DNA of 55,859 nucleotides from Trypethelium eluteriae (taxonomy: Eukaryota): the NCBI GenBank assembly GCA_051942245.1, contig JAVECL010000093.1, positions 1-55,859 on the forward strand. The letters are read 5' to 3'. The notes beneath the pieces are model-generated. The model ran no database searches and was not told where the DNA came from. It saw only the letters and a program-made list of their open reading frames with translations. The position numbers were made by a program, and so were the translations under genes. Below, in pieces: positions 49,471 through 55,859 of this stretch (within the stretch, counting starts at the first letter, position 1; the number at the start of each line of letters is the position of its first letter).

Positions 49471-50331
49471 GGGTGTAAGATACCATTACGATGCAAATGG
49501 AAGGACTGAAATGATGGCGCCCTGGGAGGATGGCTTATCTGGTTGATGGAATTAAATGCACTTAACGGTGTAACACTTTGAACCTAGTGATACCAATGAA
49601 GCCATGATTTCATTTTAAGCTTATTTGCCTCTTGATTTTGTGAATCAATATTATACGCCATCTGGAGAATTGAGTGCATTGCTCGAAGAGCAACAACTCG
49701 ATCTTGCAATGTAAAAATGTTGAAACGAAAATCAGGTGCGGGCGAGTCACAAAAGTCAGTACTTCGAAGGTGCCGTAAGTTCTTAGTTGATGCCTTCACA
49801 CTCCGTGTTTTCGTTCCTTGCAGCTTGGACTGGCCAACGGCTCAGCCAGGAATGCCGAGGAGCGGGTAGTCCCGAAGCGCTAAGCCCTCTGGGGCCACTA
49901 ATGGTTGCCCGGTGGGCGGATTTGTTTGGCGAACCACGTCATACGCGCTCCTACAGGGAATCCAGCCACCCCAGCCATGCACCTCAACCACCCGAGTTTT
50001 TGACTCTGCGGTAACACATTACCCAGCCTAAGGTGCAAGGAGCCAGAGAGCTTTCTTTCTCGAGAGCTAAGACAAACTTTTCATTCTTCCACACCTAACT
50101 ATTGCAACTTTCGAGTTTCGGTGTCTGACCAGATTCTTGTGACTGAACAGGTCGAAAAACATCCGTCTTCGACGAGCATTCTTCCAACGCCAACAATACT
50201 GAACACATTCCTCGCCTCGAATCGCATTCTGCTCGTTCTACTACATTCCATTCCAAAGGTATCTCCCGGCCCTTCGGGAGCCGTCGGGGAGATCTAGACA
50301 AAGGGAGAGAAAGAGGTAGACACAAGCCACC

Positions 50332-51339
50332 ATGCCGCCTATGCGATTTGCCGTTGGCATACAACGGTTGATACCATTCCTGGGCTACCATCATGTGCTC
50401 ATGATACTCATTGCAATAGCCATAGTACTCCTGTGTAAGGGAACTCCCACAATTGTTGTTTATACGCCTAGCTGACTTGGAAATTCTCTAGCATTACTAC
50501 TGGCAGGCTGCTCATCATCATCACCGTTAATACCCGGCATCTTCCTCATATCCTTATACTACCAGCATTATACTCCTATATACGATCCGACACAAGTTGA
50601 TCCCGGTGTTACCGCGGCAATAGCTAACATAGTTGGTGGTGCTCAATTAGAAGTGCGGGTGGGATACTTTGGCATTTGTGTCAATCCAGATGGAGGATCT
50701 TTCTTGTGCAGCAACAATGCAACAAGTCTGGCGGAGCAGATCAGTGTGGATCAGGACCCCTTGAATTTGATTTGGGTTGCAAACACGTTCAAAGACAATG
50801 TCGTGTTTCCTTATCTGCTGTGAGTATTCAGTCTCTTTGTTACGTCCAATATTTCGACAAAAGCATCTCGCAGATGTTCGCAACCCACATGTCACCACTT
50901 CGACAGAAATTTCAGGCACCCCATTGTATATGCAACGACGACTAACATGGATTTTTATAGCATCGTCGCCATCATTCTCGCATTTGTATGCTTCATTCTC
51001 CTTGCTACCTTCCCCGGTTGGCACGAAGAGACCGACGCTCGCACGGGTTCTGACGTCGACATCAAACCTTTCCCTTCACGATTCGTTTCCCAAATTGCCC
51101 TTGCCCTCATTTTCATCTCATCCGTCTTTGTGCTCGTCAGCGTATTATGGCAGCACACGGCATCCGTGGCAGCATCACAAGTCGCACAAGACTTAGGGAA
51201 TGGGAGTGTCAAAAGTGGAGTCGGAACAAGCGCGATGGTATTGGGGTGGTTTGGATTCGGTTTACTGGTGGTGGTGACAATTGGATTGTTGGTGATGATA
51301 TTGAGTATCAGATTGCTGGATAAGTTGGCGGATGAATAG
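50332..51339 (+). CDS. FIG1: Fig1 Ca2+ influx / cell-fusion membrane protein (claudin-like); exons 50332-50434, 50492-50819, 50961-51339
   Basis: LLLAGCSS, EVRVGYFGIC, DPLNLI, TFPGWHEE...KPFPSR, WQHTASVA; four TM segments. Confidence 0.93.
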
Positions 51340-51870
51340 GACAGGAGACGAGGTATCGATTGACCAACATTGATGTGGAAAAGTTTGATGATTCCGTATG
51401 AATCAAAGGGTGGACGAACACCCAAGTCGAGGTACGATCGTATCCGACTGTCATTGGAAAGACAGCAGGATCTGGATCCAAGTCGGAATATTCTAGCGAC
51501 GCATGGGAACGGTGCTATACCTCTATCCTTTCCGACTTTCTTCTATGTCGTCAGGAAGATATGCGGCATTAGGGCGGCGTTGGGAATTTTGCGTTTTGGA
51601 GACTTCACAATTCGACCAACAATACCGGTTCGTGGCGCTTGGAAGGATTCAGATACACTGGCAAGTGGGAGGAAGGCTGAGAACAGCCATGTAAATAAAT
51701 TGAATCTCGCTCTAATCGAGCTGCAGCAAGCGAGCGACTTAATGAAATGTATCAAGCTCAGAAATATTCATGAGTTGAAAGTATTCGTCTCAATTGTTGA
51801 GTTAAATCGAGTAATGATTTGTTAAGTTGGTACCTTAACACCGTAAATGCATTGATACAACTGGCTCACA

Positions 51871-53652
51871 CTAAAGTCCTGAATAGACAGCTGTGACACC
51901 TTTTCCACATTCGATTTTTTGCTCCACACTGACCGACCGCCCGTTCACAGTGATGGCCTTTCTTGGAGTAATATGGAATCTGTGGTCCTCTTTCCCTCTT
52001 ACTTTCCGTTCCGCTTCCGTGTCCAATGCCTGTATATATGTCGGATTTGATACATTGTTCCTTTTACCCGTACCAAGCTGGTAGTACTCGTTGTTTCCGA
52101 AGAACAAAATATCAGCCCCCCAATTGGTATCGTTGTCGGAGCTCTTCGAATTGGCATCAAGATAAGTTATATTATTCATGACAGCAGCGGCGTGGGTCGT
52201 ACCAACGGAAAGACGCGAAAGCCGAATGGGGACGGTCACTTTTTTGACTTCGTCGTATTCGAACAGACCGCTAAAGGCAGGAATTTTGGTTGGTGTACCT
52301 TGGATGTGTGTCCAACGTCCGTTACCAAGGCTACCCCAAATACCATGACCACACGCCCAGGTATCCGCAGTTACCCTTCCAAGGCCCCGAACGGAGGAAG
52401 GATCGTCTTTTTGGCTGACTACTTTGGTCGCGTCAACTGTGAAGTAACTGTTGGAACCGCCCGCTGCAATTCCTGTCACTTGAGGGATTTGACTTGTGCC
52501 AGCGTACAGTCTTTGGATAGGTATAAGTGATGGCGCATCGACCATTGATGATTCGGCATTAAAATCGAACCCCAATTGGCCCAGAGAATTATCCCCAAAG
52601 GAAAAGACGCGCCCGTCTTTATCTAGGGCAAGTGAATGGTACTCGCCGGCGGCTATCTTCGAAATATCAAATCCGCGCAGAGTCGTAATCTCATGGCATT
52701 GATCATAGGCACCGGTAGGTCTCGTCAGCCACGTCAGGCCCGGAACACCCAGCTGTCCTCTGCTCGGAAAGTCGAGTCCACTGGAAGCTGCGGAGAACAC
52801 GCGGCCTTTCGACGTCACAAGTAGCAAATGTTCTGAGCCGCCTGCAATAGCAGTAACTTTCTCGCCCCATGAGAGATTCTGCGGTTTGATTTGCCGGTAG
52901 CCAATCTTAGATCTGGATTTCCAGAAAGGGATCCATGTGCTTTCGAGCGGTTTAGAGTCACGTTCCTGATCCTCCTGAGCCACGGGAACTGAATAGACTC
53001 GACCATCTTTGCTCATACCGAAGATACGGTCACGCGAAATGGCCAGAGACTGCAGGTTCTTGCCTTGCAAGGTGAGAGTTGGATTGGAAGAGGATGGCGA
53101 GAATGAAGTCCCCCATTGCAGGAGGTTACCCTTCTCGTCGATGGCTGCTCCGAAAAATCTATCCAGCTTTAGATCTCTTAGTAGTCGTCCATCAAAGAAT
53201 GATATTCGTTGAGGTCGCTTTATGAAGGTATCCTGTGAATCTGGAGCAACAACTCTTCCACTATTCGATCCCCATGCGTAGACTCCTGGGTTCTCCCAGC
53301 TTCTCTTGACCTGCAAGTGCTGCGAGCTGATCAAATCTCTCACATCCTCCTTACCCAATCCCTTTGTCTTCTTTGGCTTCTCAAAAACAACCTCAGACTC
53401 TACAGGAGGAGCCTCGGCATGTGCATCTTTGATTATTTTTTCTCCGGTAAGCCATTGCCATAATGCCAAAGTCGCACCGACGGAGGTGACGACTGTGATA
53501 GACCTAATGAAATGAAGTTGCCGGCGGGCTACATAAGCAGATGCGACCTGGGCGCGTGGGAACTGTCGGTTCGCTATGGACCTACTAGAGGATTTACCGA
53601 CTCGGGGAAACGTTTGTGTTAGAGACCGCGTGAAAAGCCTTGGCTGGAGCAT
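51871..53652 (-). CDS. FMP25: Mitochondrial RCC1-repeat protein Fmp25
   Basis: Arg-rich presequence plus TM segment, PGVYAWGSN, RCC1 repeats (IAAGEYHSLAL..GRVFSFGDNSLGQLG; GNNEYYQLGTGKRNN). Confidence 0.88.
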   Translation of the reverse strand: MLQPRLFTRSLTQTFPRVGKSSSRSIANRQFPRAQVASAYVARRQLHFIRSITVVTSVGATLALWQWLTGEKIIKDAHAEAPPVESEVVFEKPKKTKGLGKEDVRDLISSQHLQVKRSWENPGVYAWGSNSGRVVAPDSQDTFIKRPQRISFFDGRLLRDLKLDRFFGAAIDEKGNLLQWGTSFSPSSSNPTLTLQGKNLQSLAISRDRIFGMSKDGRVYSVPVAQEDQERDSKPLESTWIPFWKSRSKIGYRQIKPQNLSWGEKVTAIAGGSEHLLLVTSKGRVFSAASSGLDFPSRGQLGVPGLTWLTRPTGAYDQCHEITTLRGFDISKIAAGEYHSLALDKDGRVFSFGDNSLGQLGFDFNAESSMVDAPSLIPIQRLYAGTSQIPQVTGIAAGGSNSYFTVDATKVVSQKDDPSSVRGLGRVTADTWACGHGIWGSLGNGRWTHIQGTPTKIPAFSGLFEYDEVKKVTVPIRLSRLSVGTTHAAAVMNNITYLDANSKSSDNDTNWGADILFFGNNEYYQLGTGKRNNVSNPTYIQALDTEAERKVRGKEDHRFHITPRKAITVNGRSVSVEQKIECGKGVTAVYSGL

Positions 53653-53931
53653 CCTCACGGGATACCGTTCGAAAAGTAGACAATGGAAAGGCCAATACCT
53701 AGATCATGGCGAGGCCAGTTGGACGTGGGTTTTGTCTCGATTCATCAGTGCGGTGGGATGCATTGAATGAATGGAACCAAGTCTTCAACGTCATCGGCCT
53801 TTCGGATCGATCCGAGCGGTTGCCAGCGCTTATCGCGTCAATTAGGCGCACTTGTGCAACAGTTGTACCTTAAACAGCTCATCATAGGTTGTGGCCTCTC
53901 AATCACCTTAACCCAGGCTTCTTACTCCACA

Positions 53932-55829
53932 ATGTATGACGAAGCCTGGTATAATGCTTTTGTTCCAGCCAGTGCACCTCAGACCGAACGCAAAGGCCAC
54001 AGAAGGCGACAGTCATTACTTCAGCAACCCAATGTAAGCTCAATTGTCCCAATGTAGGCATGTCCAAATTGTTGATCGAGCTGTAGGAGGGCAACAAAGC
54101 TGATGGTGTGCCCGTAGAAGCGGTACTAGAGATATCAGAAGAAGGAGAGAAACTCACTGGTCCTCCTCCCGCTACCATCGCTCGTCGAGCTAAATCCTAT
54201 AGCGATTTCTACAATGTTGTAAGAGACCATATGAAAAAGGAACATAGGGCAGGAAAGAGTCGACGAAGGTCACGCGAATGCATCAAATCAGAGCTTCAGT
54301 TTGCAAGTTGGTATGGTGGGAAGAGTAACGCTCTTGTGGACGCCAGCCATGAAGAGTACAAGTGCGTGGGCTTCCCCAAATGATCCGAGTCAAAATCCCA
54401 CAGAAGACGGTGACGGGCAAGCTGACGAAGGAGACATTCAGATTGTATCGGGATCAGCTTCATCTATCGAAGTCTCACCTAGACGCTTTATTGAACAATA
54501 CAACTTCAACCCTCGATCAGCTTTCCATCTTGTCGGATTCCTTCCGCGCAGTTGAAACCCAAACAACCGCTTTTCAAGCACGATGCGAAGACCTATTAGA
54601 TGAACAAAAGAGATTGTCGAAGATTGCTGATGATGTGACGGATAATCTGCGCTATTACTCGTTTCTCGAGCCCATCACTAGGCGGTTAAATGCGCCAGGG
54701 GCAGGGAATTATGTTCGCGGTCAAGATTTTTCGGACATGCTCTCAACTTTAGATGAGTGTCTGGAGTATATGCAAGCCCATGTATGCATTCCGGATACCG
54801 GACTCGGAACAGAAATGCTGACGATCTTAGCCGAACCAACGCGAGTCCCAGACGTATCGCTCCCGATACCGTCTTCTATTGACTCGGGCTCTGACACTAA
54901 TTCGCGTCCATTTCACTAACTCGCTCCGTGAGATTGCTGCAGATGTGTCAAAACGCATTGCGGATCGTCAACTTAATGATACCACGATGTCTGCCTTGTT
55001 ATATGCCAAGTTCCGCGTGGGTGCACCCGAGTTGAAACGGATCGGACAGGAGATTCATGACCGTGCACTGGCGCCTTCAGGAGTAGAAGCAGGAGGTGAG
55101 GCTGAATATCAAAGCTTGGTTAATGAGCTTTATCAGAGCTATTCAGCTACACGAGGCCGACTTATTCTTCCACTTGTCATCAAGAAAATGAATGAGATTG
55201 CCCTTGCACCCAGTTCCTCTAAGGATATTGTTGCCTTCGCGCGGAGCAGCATTAGCTACATTCGCGGAATATGTATGGACGAGTACGACTTATGGGGTGA
55301 GTGGTTTTCTACTGAGGAAGGTCTTCGTGATTTCCTCGAGTCGATTTGTGAGCCCCTTTTCGACCATCTGCGGCCACGGACAATTCATGAAACTCAAATA
55401 CTCAAACTCTGCGAGCTTTGCACCCTTATCCAAACAAGATATGTGCATGATGACGAGGATGAAGTATCGCCGGTCGATACTCATCGCCTGGATTTCGCCG
55501 CTTTAATTCAGCCAGCATTGGAAGATGCACAAACACGATTGGTCTTTCTGGCCCTAAACATTCTTCGAAACGACATTGAGTTTTACAAACCCAAGCCGGA
55601 GGATCTGGACTATCCCGCTCGGATACGAAGAAACGCTACCACCGCGAATCGAAACGGGCAACCCATACTATCCGGCCGAAAAACATCCAATGCCACAGTC
55701 AAAGATCCCTCCATTGTGGACTCCGACCTCGGCGAAAATGGCCACGAGCCCCAACTAACCTCACATATCTGGTATCCCACGCTCACAAAAGCCATCTGGC
55801 TCCTCAGTCGCATCTACCGCCTCGTAAAC
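53932..55829 (+). CDS. COG3: Conserved oligomeric Golgi complex subunit 3 (Sec34), partial; continues beyond the window; exons 53932-54033, 54087-54361, 54442-54781, 54831-55829
   Basis: RRAKSYSDFY, LEPITRRLNAPG, LDECLEYM..HP...YRSRYRLLLTRALTLIR, LEDAQTRLVF, WYPTLTKAIWLLSRIYRLVN. Confidence 0.93.
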
Positions 55830-55859
55830 GTACGCTTCCCCTCTGTTCCCCCCCTATTC

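Overview
Gene-dense euchromatic window from a filamentous ascomycete (Pezizomycotina-type short GT-AG introns with CTAAC branch sites). It holds about 24 protein-coding genes, mostly housekeeping: BLI-3-like, 2OG-Fe(II) oxygenase, OTU1, a P450, RSC1/2, RSA3, a GH17 glucanase, a YwbE/DUF2196 protein, NMA111, APS2, a PTH11-like membrane protein, an extended SDR, mitochondrial SHMT, PIMT, SRO7, HymA/MO25, a NIF3-like protein, HSP12, FIG1, FMP25 and a partial COG3. There is also a decayed HET-domain gene and a TA-flanked fold-back MITE. Two non-coding elements are invisible to the ORF track. The first is a strong candidate ~1.4-1.5 kb telomerase RNA gene at ~31275-32701 (+), with a CTAACCCTAA template, a split pseudoknot, long nested arms and a non-canonical ATAAGC...GCTAAC...CAG terminal intron. 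The second is a U5 snRNA gene at ~13338-13460 (-) embedded in Pol III-type signals (TATA, A/B-box-like motifs, T11 run). Other points of interest are putative dual-targeting N-terminal extensions (NMA111, PIMT via a non-AUG codon, the NIF3-like protein), a duplicated C-terminus at the window start, a compact pseudoknot-like element near 26 kb, and recurrent C-rich to G-rich skew switches. All calls were made by eye; no database searches or folding programs were run.
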